In this document: positions 1-10,004 of the stretch, piece by piece | Position numbering within the stretch: position 1 is the first letter of the stretch | Layout of the letters: every line of letters starts with the position of its first letter | Notes under the pieces: generated by a model | Databases searched by the model: none | What the model saw: the letters and a program-made list of their open reading frames with translations, nothing else | Told to the model about the DNA's origin: nothing | Origin: Polyangia bacterium | Lineage (GTDB): Bacteria; Myxococcota_A; Polyangia; HGW-17 | Direction: 5' to 3' | DNA length: 63,113 nt | Assembly (NCBI GenBank): GCA_041686345.1 | Contig: JAWLEA010000005.1 | Coordinates: 1 to 63,113, forward strand | Position numbers and translations under genes: made by a program

Positions 1-107
1 TTTGTCGTAACTTCTTGAAATAGTAGTGGCTATATCTGCGAAGTTACTTCGCGCATCTGAAACCAGTTTCTTCACCAGGCCAATAACCCCTATTCTGGGA
101 TGGGAAC
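1..107 (-). mobile_element. MITE-like 162-bp element, copy 1 (cut by window start)
   Basis: Ends ...TTCTGGGATGGGAAC followed by TAGTTA (108-113); body aligns with the copies at 9840 and 32245. Confidence 0.85.
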
Positions 108-283
108 TAGTTAAGATGCCTGGTTCTATGAGTATTCTGGTTGCTCCGGTTGTTTCGGGCCATTTCGTCCATTTTTCTATCAACTCTTATTTTGGCAAAA
201 AATATCATCACAACCAGCAAAAGCAATGTTGCCAAAGCGTAAGCCAAAAGAACAACAGTTGAATTTTTCATTTTTATTTTCAT
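107..283 (-). CDS. 58-aa small membrane protein, not in ORF track (possibly truncated)
   Basis: Own translation MKIKMKNSTVVLLAYALATLLLVVMIFFAKIRVDRKMDEMARNNRSNQNTHRTRHLN*; ATG overlaps the GntR stop (TAATG), AAGGAG RBS upstream, one hydrophobic helix; TAG stop lies at the element junction. Confidence 0.6.
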   Translation of the reverse strand: MKIKMKNSTVVLLAYALATLLLLVVMIFFAKIRVDRKMDEMARNNRSNQNTHRTRHLN

Positions 284-666
284 TATAATTCTCCTTCTTT
301 TTCAATTTTGGTACAATAGTTTTTATATTCCTCTTGTAATTCTTCCAGGGAAAAATCCAGCATTTCCATTAAATGAAATAATCTGGGCAATTCTTTTTCT
401 ATGAATTTTTTCTTTTTCAAACTGGTAATTATCTTGGTTGCTTCTGATTCCACAAAGAACCCCTTTCCCCTTTTTTTGTAAATAACTCCTTTTTCGAGGA
501 GAGAGGAATATGCTCTGACCACGGTATTTGGATTTGTCTGGGTCAGAGAAGCCATTTCGCGAATGGAAGGTATTTTGTTGGCTTCCTCGTATTTTCCATC
601 AAGAATACTTTCCATGAGAAGATCTCCTATTTGAAGATATATGGGTTTATTATTGTTGAATTTCAT
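283..666 (-). CDS. GntR family transcriptional regulator, YtrA subfamily
   Basis: PIYLQI...KIPSIREMA...NPNTVVRAY...KRGKGFFV winged HTH, short C-terminus, next to ABC genes. Confidence 0.93.
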   Translation of the reverse strand: MKFNNNKPIYLQIGDLLMESILDGKYEEANKIPSIREMASLTQTNPNTVVRAYSSLLEKGVIYKKRGKGFFVESEATKIITSLKKKKFIEKELPRLFHLMEMLDFSLEELQEEYKNYCTKIEKEGEL

Positions 667-667
667 C

Positions 668-1477
668 TCACACCTGCTTTTCAGTTATTTTCAAGTATGA
701 AGCGATCAAAACTACTATCGGGGTTACAAAATTCATCCAGGCCTTCATGATATACCTGAACACAGGCATATTTGCCCCAATTTGGAAATTGTTTTCTTGC
801 TGTCCATGAACACGGCCAGAATTTCTTTGAGCATTGATGAGAATCTCTTTGTATTCCGGTTTAATACTGAAGCCGTCAAAATAAGGCAGGAATACCAAAT
901 ATGCTATAGTCAGGACTATAATTCCAAACAGCAGAAAAAATCCAAAAAGTGCAAGGGAAGTTTTGATGAAATGATATGATTTAAAGTAGATCGACCCAAA
1001 GACATAAAAGGACATCATTAAAAGATATCCTCCAATCAGATTTAAAAAATCCCAACTGAATATATCCAGATAACGGTGAGGACTTTCAAGAATCAGAGCA
1101 TTAACTGTTTCACCCAAAAACATTCCCAGATAATAAACACAAGTTATGCCCACAATAAAACCTGCAGAAGCCACCAGCAATTTAACCATGAACTTTTCAA
1201 AGTGGGATCCGGGAATAAGCAGCCAGCTCATCCCAGAAGTATTTTCTTTGAGTTCCTTAAAGGAATAACTGGTAAAAATCAGCCCGCCCAACATCAGAAA
1301 AAGGGAAAAATTACCCATATGCATGGCCGGATCCTGGTTGGTAAAATTAAGCGAGGTGAGAAAAACAAAACCACCTATGGCAGCTGCCGTAATCAAGGCG
1401 GGTTTCTTAATTGAATTTAATTCGATATTCAGCAAAGCTAAAAACCTGTCCAGTGAAAAAACAGTTCCTTTATTCAT
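668..1477 (-). CDS. ABC transporter permease (YtrA-operon type)
   Basis: About 6 TM segments, LLIPGSHFEKF motif, overlaps the ATPase gene. Confidence 0.75.
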   Translation of the reverse strand: MNKGTVFSLDRFLALLNIELNSIKKPALITAAAIGGFVFLTSLNFTNQDPAMHMGNFSLFLMLGGLIFTSYSFKELKENTSGMSWLLIPGSHFEKFMVKLLVASAGFIVGITCVYYLGMFLGETVNALILESPHRYLDIFSWDFLNLIGGYLLMMSFYVFGSIYFKSYHFIKTSLALFGFFLLFGIIVLTIAYLVFLPYFDGFSIKPEYKEILINAQRNSGRVHGQQENNFQIGANMPVFRYIMKAWMNFVTPIVVLIASYLKITEKQV

Positions 1478-2324
1478 TGTCTTCCCCTTTCATTATTTTG
1501 TTCAATTTTTGAGGGTTGTTAACAGCTATATTGAAAATGGTTTCAATATCCAGTTGTTCGGCCTCTGTTTCGGAATCAGCCTCCATAACTACTGAATAAC
1601 CTCCCAGAGTTTTTTCCGAATAGAGAATTTCTTCTGTATCTGATTTCTCCTTCATCTTCACTATTTTAAATTTATCCTGCAAGGCATTTACATATTGTTG
1701 GAAGATAACCTTGCCTTTTTCCAGAATAATAATGGGATCAATAAGATTTTCAACATCCCTTACCTGGTGAGTGGAGATGATAACTGTCTGGTCATCATTA
1801 ATATATTCGGCTACCAACCTTCTGAATATGGATTTGGATGGAATATCAAGACCATTGGTGGGCTCATCAAGGATAAGCAAGGCACATTGGGAGGCAAAAC
1901 CAAAAGCCAGCAGGAATTTCTTTTTCTGTCCCAGAGACAATTTGTTGAGATTGCGCTCGTAAGGCACCTCAAATTCTTCTATGTGTGTTTTTAACAATTC
2001 ATGAGAGAAAGAGGGATAACATTTACTGTAAAGTTGAACGTATTTCTTTGCAGTCAGAGGCGGCACCCAGATTTCTTCGGGAATAAAACAGATTTTCTCC
2101 AGCATTTCTTTGGGGCGGGATGAAGCTAGAAAATCTCCGGTGATTATTTCACCGGAATCAGGAAATCTGAGTCCGGTCATCAACTTCAGCAAGGTTGTTT
2201 TGCCGGCTCCATTCCTGCCCAGCAGGCCATAAATATTTCCATGATCCATATTCATATCCAAATCATGGAAAAGTGAAGTGTTTTTGTAGGAAAAATCCAA
2301 ATTATTAATTTTTATCATACTCAT
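1470..2324 (-). CDS. ABC transporter ATP-binding protein
   Basis: Walker A GRNGAGKT, LSLGQ signature, LILDEP, ISTH. Confidence 0.95.
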   Translation of the reverse strand: MSMIKINNLDFSYKNTSLFHDLDMNMDHGNIYGLLGRNGAGKTTLLKLMTGLRFPDSGEIITGDFLASSRPKEMLEKICFIPEEIWVPPLTAKKYVQLYSKCYPSFSHELLKTHIEEFEVPYERNLNKLSLGQKKKFLLAFGFASQCALLILDEPTNGLDIPSKSIFRRLVAEYINDDQTVIISTHQVRDVENLIDPIIILEKGKVIFQQYVNALQDKFKIVKMKEKSDTEEILYSEKTLGGYSVVMEADSETEAEQLDIETIFNIAVNNPQKLNKIMKGEDNE

Positions 2325-2334
2325 AGCTCCTTTC

Positions 2335-2360
2335 TAGTGTACTATGTTGCTAATACACTA
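2335..2360. promoter_or_regulatory. Candidate YtrA-type operator
   Basis: Palindrome TAGTGTA-N12-TACACTA directly upstream of the RBS of the ABC-GntR operon; resembles the AGTGTA...TACACT YtrA site. Confidence 0.75.
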
Positions 2361-2622
2361 ATATGAATACACGGAAATTTTATTCCTGTCAACCTTGTTT
2401 TTACTTTTTTTATTTAGTTCCAACTCATTGGAAACAGAGCCTGCAGCTAATAAAACCAACTGCCAATTTCTGGTTATCATTGGCTTTCCCAAATTTTTCC
2501 TATTTTCTTTGGTAAAAACTCTCGAAAAGGTATAAATTTATCCCTGTCCAAAAAACTCCAGCTCATTTCTAATCAAAAACACTAAATGGTTTTTTTAATA
2601 AACCAATCCGGGAGGTCAAACA

Positions 2623-3990
2623 ATGAATATAGCACCAGTAATTGCCTATCTTGAAAAACACAAAGATCAGCATCTGAAAGAATTGATAGAATTTCTAAAA
2701 ATACCCAGTATCAGTGCTCTTCAAAAAAATAAACCAGATATTGAAAAAGCAGCTGATTTTATGGTCAACAAACTTGAAGAGCTTGATCTCAATGTTGAAA
2801 AAATCCAAACCCCCGGAAATCCTCTTGTTTATGCTCAATCAAAAAAGATGGATCCCGCCAAAAAAACTTTGCTTTTTTACGGCCACTATGACGTTCAACC
2901 TGTTGACCCCATTGACTTGTGGGATTATCCTCCTTTCGAGCCCACTATTGTCAACGACACCATCTACGCAAGAGGAGTCAGCGACGACAAGGGACAATTA
3001 TACAGTCATCTCATGGCAATAGAAGCTTTTCGCCAAACCAACACCGAAATACCCGTCAATATTAAAATGATTTTCGAGGGTGAAGAAGAAGGCGGAGGTG
3101 AAAACGTCTACAAATTCACCGAAAATAATCCGGAAAAACTCGCCTGTGATGCAGTAATTATCAGTGACACTTCCCAATATAATGAAAACACTCCGGCAAT
3201 CTGCTACAGCCTCAAAGGCATTGCTTACATGGAAATTAGAGTAAAAGGACCCGGCATGGATCTGCATTCGGGAAGTTTTGGCGGAGTTGTTAAAAATCCC
3301 GGTAATGGTCTGGCTGAAATTATAGCTGATCTCAAAAACAAGGACGGAGTTATTCAGATCCCCGGATTTTACGATAATGTTCTTGATCTGGAACAAAGTG
3401 AAAAAAACGAATTTGCTTCACTGAAATATTCAAACGAAGTTCTTAAAAAAGATACCGGTTCCAGTACTCCTCATGGAGAAAAAGGATATACAACTTTGGA
3501 AAGAATGTGGGGAAGACCGACTCTGGATGTCAACGGCATCTGGGGAGGATACAGTGGAGAAGGTGGCAAAACTGTCATTCCTTCCACAGCAGGAGCAAAG
3601 GTCAGCATGAGACTGGTTCCCAATCAGGATCCCAAAAGAATTGCCAAACTTTTCAAAAAATACGTTCTGGAAGTAGCCCATCCCAGCCTTGAAGTCGAAG
3701 TTGACACCTTGCACACAGCTGTCCCTGTACTTATTCCAAGGGATCATGAAATTACCCAGAGTGGAATTAACGCCCTGGAAAAAGGTTTTGGCAATAAAGC
3801 CAAATTCATTCGCGAAGGAGGTTCCATTCCCATAGTCGCCACTTTCCAGAAAAGCTTGAAGTCTCCTGTTCTTTTGCTCGGTTACGGACTTCCCAACGAT
3901 AATATTCACTCTCCCAACGAACGTTACCTGCTGAAAAATTTCTTTAACGGCAACAAAACCACCGCCTACCTTTTCGAGGAACTAAGTTAG
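2623..3990 (+). CDS. M20 family dipeptidase
   Basis: YGHYDVQP, ARGVSDDKG, EGEEE, DLHSG, REGGSIP, HSPNE motifs; GGAGG RBS. Confidence 0.93.
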   Translation: MNIAPVIAYLEKHKDQHLKELIEFLKIPSISALQKNKPDIEKAADFMVNKLEELDLNVEKIQTPGNPLVYAQSKKMDPAKKTLLFYGHYDVQPVDPIDLWDYPPFEPTIVNDTIYARGVSDDKGQLYSHLMAIEAFRQTNTEIPVNIKMIFEGEEEGGGENVYKFTENNPEKLACDAVIISDTSQYNENTPAICYSLKGIAYMEIRVKGPGMDLHSGSFGGVVKNPGNGLAEIIADLKNKDGVIQIPGFYDNVLDLEQSEKNEFASLKYSNEVLKKDTGSSTPHGEKGYTTLERMWGRPTLDVNGIWGGYSGEGGKTVIPSTAGAKVSMRLVPNQDPKRIAKLFKKYVLEVAHPSLEVEVDTLHTAVPVLIPRDHEITQSGINALEKGFGNKAKFIREGGSIPIVATFQKSLKSPVLLLGYGLPNDNIHSPNERYLLKNFFNGNKTTAYLFEELS

Positions 3991-4002
3991 ATCGAATTCA
4001 AT

Positions 4003-5460
4003 CTATTTCTTTACAGGTTTCAACAATAAAACCCCTTGGTGGTTCTTTACTTTTATCTGCCAGTTTTTGGCCTGTAATTTATCTGGCAAATTAGTTTCTC
4101 CTGGCAAAAAAACTGCTTCGGGTTTGTATTTTTGCCAGATTCTCCACCAACCGGGACGATTGTAAATAATTGTAAAATAATCATCCCAAACCTCTCTGGA
4201 AAAACAATCATTGCGAGAATCGATGAAATTCAAATACCTGCCGTCAAAGTGGTAAAGCAAAGCTCCTCCCCAGCGATGAGGCACAAAAACTCTTTTTACT
4301 TGTGCTACTTCAAGATGTCTTCTGCTCTGAACAAAAAGTTTTCTGGGATAAACACTTTTTCTGAATTCAAAATTATACCTGGATTTTTGAAAAATTGAAA
4401 AAAGGGGAACAAAAACAATTAAAAGCAGAATAAAAATAACTGGAATTCGAATTTTTACATTCCAGCTGTTTTTGAGATAAACCAAAAAAGAAACAGGGTT
4501 TTTAGCTGTCAGGAGATTGCCGACAATTACCAGCACCGGAAGATTGCGCCCAGAAGCCGCTCCAAAGCCAAACAGAATTATCAATACCAGAAAATAATAT
4601 TTGGGAATATTGTTTTTCAACCCCCGATAAAAAAGATAAATCAGGTAAACAACTATCAACCCCAGCATCCACTGAGTCGGCGACTGCCATTCGTCTATCC
4701 GGGGCAAAAAGCGATAAAAACCGAAAATATATTTGAGCAGAAAAAAAGGCAAACGATGAAACCAGGGATTGGTAAAAATGCCTGCAACCGCTGCCATACA
4801 AGTGAAAAACCAGCCTTGCCAAGACAATTCAGTCTGAGGAGGTTTGTCTGAATTTTGTCCAAATCCTGTAGCCATCCGGGGAAAAATTCGGGAAAAGGGA
4901 AAAAGCAGAAACGCTCCCAGAAGAAAACCCGCCATTACACTGCCATGAAAATTGCTCCACAGGGTAAAGTAAACATACACAGCCAACACCGGCTTCCAAC
5001 CGGTGATCTTCTTGAAAGATATCCCGCCTGATTTCAACTTGATAATAGCCAGGACCATGCCCAGAAGGAAAAGATCTCCAAATAAATAGGGACGTAGAGC
5101 ATAATGTCCATAAATGAGCAAAACTCCCAAAAATCCAGCCAAGACATGAAAACCTGAGAAACCACTGAATACCACAAGTAACAATAGAAAAAACAAAAGG
5201 GAATGAAACGCCTTTACTGCTTTAAATCCCCCCAAATTATCGATCCCGGCTATCAAAGCTCCATACCCCCAGGAATGATCTATCCATTTTTGTTGGGAAG
5301 AAAAAGAAGAAAAATTTGTTTTCTGCAAATTCCCCCTGAGAGTTTTTTGACCGAAATGGAGCCTCCACCAATAATCTCCGGTGCGCGGACTCTGTCCCGA
5401 GAGCAGAGCTGCAAAAACCAAGAAGGGCAAGAAGAGAAGATATTGCTTATGTGTTTTCAT
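4003..5460 (-). CDS. Polytopic membrane protein, possible GT-C-fold glycosyltransferase
   Basis: 10 or more TM segments, DYWW...G, RP, WSNFHGS and FIDSR motifs; likely start MKTHK at 5460. Confidence 0.5.
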   Translation of the reverse strand: MKTHKQYLLFLPFLVFAALLSGQSPRTGDYWWRLHFGQKTLRGNLQKTNFSSFSSQQKWIDHSWGYGALIAGIDNLGGFKAVKAFHSLLFFLLLLVVFSGFSGFHVLAGFLGVLLIYGHYALRPYLFGDLFLLGMVLAIIKLKSGGISFKKITGWKPVLAVYVYFTLWSNFHGSVMAGFLLGAFLLFPFSRIFPRMATGFGQNSDKPPQTELSWQGWFFTCMAAVAGIFTNPWFHRLPFFLLKYIFGFYRFLPRIDEWQSPTQWMLGLIVVYLIYLFYRGLKNNIPKYYFLVLIILFGFGAASGRNLPVLVIVGNLLTAKNPVSFLVYLKNSWNVKIRIPVIFILLLIVFVPLFSIFQKSRYNFEFRKSVYPRKLFVQSRRHLEVAQVKRVFVPHRWGGALLYHFDGRYLNFIDSRNDCFSREVWDDYFTIIYNRPGWWRIWQKYKPEAVFLPGETNLPDKLQAKNWQIKVKNHQGVLLLKPVKK

Positions 5461-6832
5461 GATTAGAAAAAGATTGGTCGTCGGTAACCGGGAGATCCTT
5501 GCCAACAACCTTTTCCTCCTGTTTTGCCGGATCTTTCAGATTTTTGGTGTTTATATCAGCTTGCCCAATTTTATTTTTATATTTAGGATTTTCAGGCTTT
5601 TCCGAGGGTTTTCGTTCTTGAATTTGAGAAGGAGATTTTTTAACAACAGCCTCTTCAGTATTGTTAATCAGGTAATGATATTTAAACAGCCATTGGCCGA
5701 TAACCAGAAGATGTAAAACAAGCATGAATTCAGGAAAAGGAAAGGTATTCTGCACCACCCAAGGCTTGATTACAACAGCAAGGAAGGGAATTAACGAAGA
5801 TAAACACAAAAAAATAAGCGTTTTGCGTTGATAAAAACTCTGTCGGGAAGCAAAGAGAGGGGGAATCAGAAAAAGAGGAAAAAAACTGAGGTAATTCATA
5901 TTCCGGGTACATATTTGCAGATGATAACCGAAGAATAACAAAACCAGAGAAAAGAAACTCTGCAGAAAAAAGAGAAGCAGAACATCAAATTTGGTTAAAA
6001 ACAGATTTTTGAACCAGAAAAAAGGTAAAAGAAAAAACAAGAGTACTACCCCTGCAAAAAAGATGGGGAATAAATCAATTTTTGCAGTACTATGATCTTT
6101 TCCCTGATAAAAAAGTATGCTTTTTTTCACCAGTGGACGCAATTGTCCGAAATGTCCCTGTTTGACTGAAGAAATTTTGAGAGCTCTTTCCAGATGCAAA
6201 GGCATGAAAGTACCATCCCACCGGGTTCGTTTTTTATCCATCTGACCAGCCAGAATCAACTTTAACCCCAGACTCATTGAAGTATACTTTCCCAGTGCTT
6301 TTTCGAGGGAACGGCGCCAGGTTAAACCTTCTCTGCGGGAAAGATCAGTTCTGAATTGTCCTTTGGTGAAGGTGGAAATCAGATCACGCATCTGAGTTGC
6401 ACAATTTTTGTTGAAATGGTGATATAGATAAAATTTTTCCGATGAATCAAGGATTGTATTTAATTTTTGTTCCAGAGCTTCAACTTTTTTTGGATGGAAA
6501 TCAAGTTGGTATAGTCTAATTGTCCTTTTTTCCTTTTTGTATGCCTTGATAAATTCGGTAAATCCCTTTTTTTCGATGAAATAATGAGCCTTCCCCCTGA
6601 AGAAATCCAAAACAAATTTGTCATCATAAACAAAATTACCAAAATCATATACCATTGGTTTTTTATCAGAAGAAAAAATCACAAAGGCACTATGACCGAA
6701 TTTGGTAAAGAGTTGGGAACCAGGTTCAATAATAATCACCCAGGCTTGCTTCTGGGAAGGATTAGTCTTCAGCCCTGCAACTTGGGGCGAAAAATTTAAA
6801 AAATTTAAAAAAATAGTGAAAATTATAATCAT
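5447..6832 (-). CDS. DUF4105 (Lnb-like) membrane protein
   Basis: FGHSA, YDFG, Y..FNKNCAT motifs followed by about 5 TM helices and a charged tail. Confidence 0.75.
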   Translation of the reverse strand: MIIIFTIFLNFLNFSPQVAGLKTNPSQKQAWVIIIEPGSQLFTKFGHSAFVIFSSDKKPMVYDFGNFVYDDKFVLDFFRGKAHYFIEKKGFTEFIKAYKKEKRTIRLYQLDFHPKKVEALEQKLNTILDSSEKFYLYHHFNKNCATQMRDLISTFTKGQFRTDLSRREGLTWRRSLEKALGKYTSMSLGLKLILAGQMDKKRTRWDGTFMPLHLERALKISSVKQGHFGQLRPLVKKSILFYQGKDHSTAKIDLFPIFFAGVVLLFFLLPFFWFKNLFLTKFDVLLLFFLQSFFSLVLLFFGYHLQICTRNMNYLSFFPLFLIPPLFASRQSFYQRKTLIFLCLSSLIPFLAVVIKPWVVQNTFPFPEFMLVLHLLVIGQWLFKYHYLINNTEEAVVKKSPSQIQERKPSEKPENPKYKNKIGQADINTKNLKDPAKQEEKVVGKDLPVTDDQSFSNHENT

Positions 6833-9789
6833 TTCTGTTTTTTGTAAATTATATACTGGTTCCAGGACTTCTCCAGTTTGTTACTGGCTCTGGCTGTGAT
6901 CCCAATTAGATTTTTACCTGGTTCAAGTTGAAGCATCTGTTCAACCTGGAGCTTCTTTTTCTGTTTTCCATCAATAAAAGCAATTTTTTTGTATTTTCCT
7001 TGTTCATCAACCCTTTCCACAACTACATCTTTCAGATGCAACGGATGGGAAATAACAGCCCTAATCTTTGCCTTGTCCTTGCTGGTTAAAAGAGGCAGTT
7101 CTGTGATTATGTCTATTTCGGGAGAAATAACCTGATAAACAGGTTCCCAATGAGGTTTCAACAAAGAATCATCAATAATAGTGTTAACCTTGCCTGAACT
7201 TCTTAAAATAAAAGCAGTTCTCTCCGGACTCAAGAGAATTTTGATCCACTTCCCTCTAATTCCCCTTATCAAAAAAATCGAACCTGCCCTGGCAATTCCT
7301 AATCCAACTGATTTTTTATCCATTCCGTTATAGATAAGGGCTTTCTTTTTAACCTTGAAATATCCAGTAGTGTTCAAAGGACTTGATTGAAGATTATGAA
7401 CAGGAACAACCACTTTGAAACTGGTTTCTCTTTCTGAAATTTCATCTCTGATCTGGATGGTAAATTTAAGAAAATTATCGGTAAAATCAGGCGGAACCAC
7501 AAAAGATAAATCCTGGATCCTGGTTTCTCCGGGCAAAAGTCTGCCGAAAACAAAACGCTCTTTGGAAAAATGGATTGTTTCTTTAAAATTCTTGATGATA
7601 TTAATAATTGTATTTTCACCAGGTCCCTCTCCTTTGTTGGTAATCATGAGACGGAAACGAAGCTTTTCTCCATATTGACAAAGTCCATCTCCGTTCCCTC
7701 CAAGATTGTCCATGAGATGATAATGAACTTTGAAGTCAGGTTTGGGAGCGGGAAGGATTCTGATGTTGAAATTTGAAGTTTTATTCAAAAAGATTTTACC
7801 ATCTTTTTCAGCCAGATATTTTATTTTAAAGGGCCAGATTGTTGCTGGTGAAGAAATATCAACCGAATAAGAAAATGGTATTTCCTTTTTTTCTCCGGGA
7901 AACAGCTTTCCAATAAGAATTTCATTGTAGGTTGAATCCTCATTCTTTTTGATTAAAAGTCGCAACCTCGAAAAAGGAGCTGTTCCCAAATTTCTCAAAA
8001 CCACTTTGCCCTTGAGTTTTTCCCCGGCAATAACTGACATTCCTGTTTTAAACTGAATCGAACTGTCGAAAATAGGTTTACCTGTATTTGTATCCAAAGA
8101 CCAGTCAATTCCATTTTTTCCCAACAAGGAAAACAGGGTAGACATGGCTCTCTGATTGTATTTTTCAAACCAGGAAACAACTTTATCTTTGTCATTTAAC
8201 TCTCCTTCAAACTCTTTGGAGAATTCAATCAGAACTTTGATCAACGAATCGGGAGAACTGTTTGTCTCATTCAGTGGGGAAATGGAAATCTGTTGATTTA
8301 CAACTTTGATAAAACTCCAGGGTCGGGCCCGAGGTGAAAATTTTTGCAAATTCTGTTTGTCTTCATATTTGATAACTTTGGCTGATTTGGTGGAAAACAG
8401 AGGTGAATTCTTATTTTTGACGTCAATCATTCTGACAACTATATGGGGATTTACTCCTCTCGATTTAATAATATATTTGCCAGCACTCAGATAATGAGCA
8501 ATTGTCATTTTCAAGGCACTGCCATCTTCATTTTCGGTAACTGTTTGAATAGAACCCTTGCCAAATGATTTTTCTCCAACAATCAGAGCACGATTATTAT
8601 ATCTCAGAGAACCGGCAAGAATTTCAGCAGCACTGGCACTACCCTCGTTGATGAGAACAATCAGCCTTTTTTTCCAGATTGTATTTTCAGGTAGAGCCTT
8701 TTGAATATTTTCAGGTTGCCGATTACTGGATACAGTTGAAAAAATTATGCCGTTGTCCAGAAAAAGATCAGCACTTTTTTTTGCTTCCTTGAGCAATCCC
8801 CCGGGATTGTTGTAAAGGTCGAGAATAATAGTTTCAACCTTATGCTCTTTCAGCATCTTAATATGATTTTGCAATTCTTTGGTAGTTGTTTTGGTAAATT
8901 GAGTGATTCTTACATATCCTGTTTTTTTATTGATAACCTTGGAATTGACACTTGAAACATGAATAATGGTTCTTTTGAGTCGAAATCTTTTAAGATCAGG
9001 CTGATTCTCACGGGAAATCCAGAGAGTTACCCAGGTATCAGGTTTTCCCCGTAGCAAATTAACTGCTTCATTCAAGCAGATATTTACTGTGGAAACACCA
9101 TTGATTTTAACTATTCTGTCTCCTGTCTGAATTCCGGCTCTGGCAGCTGGAGTTTCATCGATAGCTGAAATTATAGTTAAGAAATCATCCTTTTTAGTTA
9201 AAACAATTCCTATTCCATTGAAGGAACCCCTGGTTCCGGTTTTTATCTCTCTGTAGATTTCAGGAGGCAGTAAACTGGTATGGGGGTCAAGAGTTGACAT
9301 AATTCCCCCGATAGCATTGTATTCCAGTTGTTTATGATCAATATCGGAAAGATTGAGGGTGATTAACTTGAAAGCCTTATGCAGATTCTTGTAAAGATCA
9401 AGAATTGTGTTTATTTTATCCAGATCAAATGAATGACGTAAGTCTTTTATTCCTAAAATAAATTTGTTGTCTTTTTTAGTGGTGATGATTTCGGGAGTTG
9501 TTTTTTCAAGATTCTTCAAGGCGAAAGAAAACATTTTTCCAGGCAAAATTTTGTCAGGATCAAGATAATTGTTTTTTACATTGAAAAGGACTGTACTCAG
9601 AGTTTTGAATCTGCTTTGTTCAAAGGTTGGATACAGCCTTTTTAATTTTCGAGCTTGCTGTTCAGGTGAGGGTTTGCCCAGAAAAAAAACTGCAAGAGCC
9701 AGTAACAAAGAAATTGAAACTGTCCGCAATAGCCTGTTGCGTCTCCACCCTGAAAAAACAAAATAATTTTCCACTTCTTTATTACGCAT
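6829..9789 (-). CDS. S41 family C-terminal processing serine peptidase with long C-terminal extension
   Basis: LDPHT, GIG, PDZ domain, NNPGG, SASAAEI, SFGKGSIQ; C-terminal Ig-like/SH3-like modules. Confidence 0.9.
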   Translation of the reverse strand: MRNKEVENYFVFSGWRRNRLLRTVSISLLLALAVFFLGKPSPEQQARKLKRLYPTFEQSRFKTLSTVLFNVKNNYLDPDKILPGKMFSFALKNLEKTTPEIITTKKDNKFILGIKDLRHSFDLDKINTILDLYKNLHKAFKLITLNLSDIDHKQLEYNAIGGIMSTLDPHTSLLPPEIYREIKTGTRGSFNGIGIVLTKKDDFLTIISAIDETPAARAGIQTGDRIVKINGVSTVNICLNEAVNLLRGKPDTWVTLWISRENQPDLKRFRLKRTIIHVSSVNSKVINKKTGYVRITQFTKTTTKELQNHIKMLKEHKVETIILDLYNNPGGLLKEAKKSADLFLDNGIIFSTVSSNRQPENIQKALPENTIWKKRLIVLINEGSASAAEILAGSLRYNNRALIVGEKSFGKGSIQTVTENEDGSALKMTIAHYLSAGKYIIKSRGVNPHIVVRMIDVKNKNSPLFSTKSAKVIKYEDKQNLQKFSPRARPWSFIKVVNQQISISPLNETNSSPDSLIKVLIEFSKEFEGELNDKDKVVSWFEKYNQRAMSTLFSLLGKNGIDWSLDTNTGKPIFDSSIQFKTGMSVIAGEKLKGKVVLRNLGTAPFSRLRLLIKKNEDSTYNEILIGKLFPGEKKEIPFSYSVDISSPATIWPFKIKYLAEKDGKIFLNKTSNFNIRILPAPKPDFKVHYHLMDNLGGNGDGLCQYGEKLRFRLMITNKGEGPGENTIINIIKNFKETIHFSKERFVFGRLLPGETRIQDLSFVVPPDFTDNFLKFTIQIRDEISERETSFKVVVPVHNLQSSPLNTTGYFKVKKKALIYNGMDKKSVGLGIARAGSIFLIRGIRGKWIKILLSPERTAFILRSSGKVNTIIDDSLLKPHWEPVYQVISPEIDIITELPLLTSKDKAKIRAVISHPLHLKDVVVERVDEQGKYKKIAFIDGKQKKKLQVEQMLQLEPGKNLIGITARASNKLEKSWNQYIIYKKQK

Positions 9790-9839
9790 CCTGTTCTGTC
9801 AATTCTAAAATTTCTCGATACTAAACGGGAAACTAACCA

Positions 9840-10001
9840 GTTCCCGGCCCAAAAAGGAAGGTCATCGACTGAACGCGGAATTTTACACCATCAACTTTGT
9901 CGTAACTGCTTGATATAATGGCAACTATGTCGGTGCAGTTATTCCGCGCATCTCAATCCAATTTCTTCACCAGTCAATAACACCACTTCTGGGATGGGAA
10001 C
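9840..10001 (-). mobile_element. MITE-like element, copy 2 (full, 162 bp)
   Basis: GTTCCCGGCCCA...TGGGATGGGAAC; flanks TAACCA / TAACTA. Confidence 0.9.
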
Positions 10002-10004
10002 TAA

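Noticed and set aside
26-262. 78-aa plus-strand ORF
   Set aside because: Starts inside the element and is antisense to a better-supported minus-strand ORF
9840-10001. Element as integron attC site or REP/REPIN
   Set aside because: No consistent RYYYAAC...GTTRRRY ends, both orientations occur, it flanks housekeeping genes, there is no intI or RAYT gene, and target duplications point to DDE-type insertion
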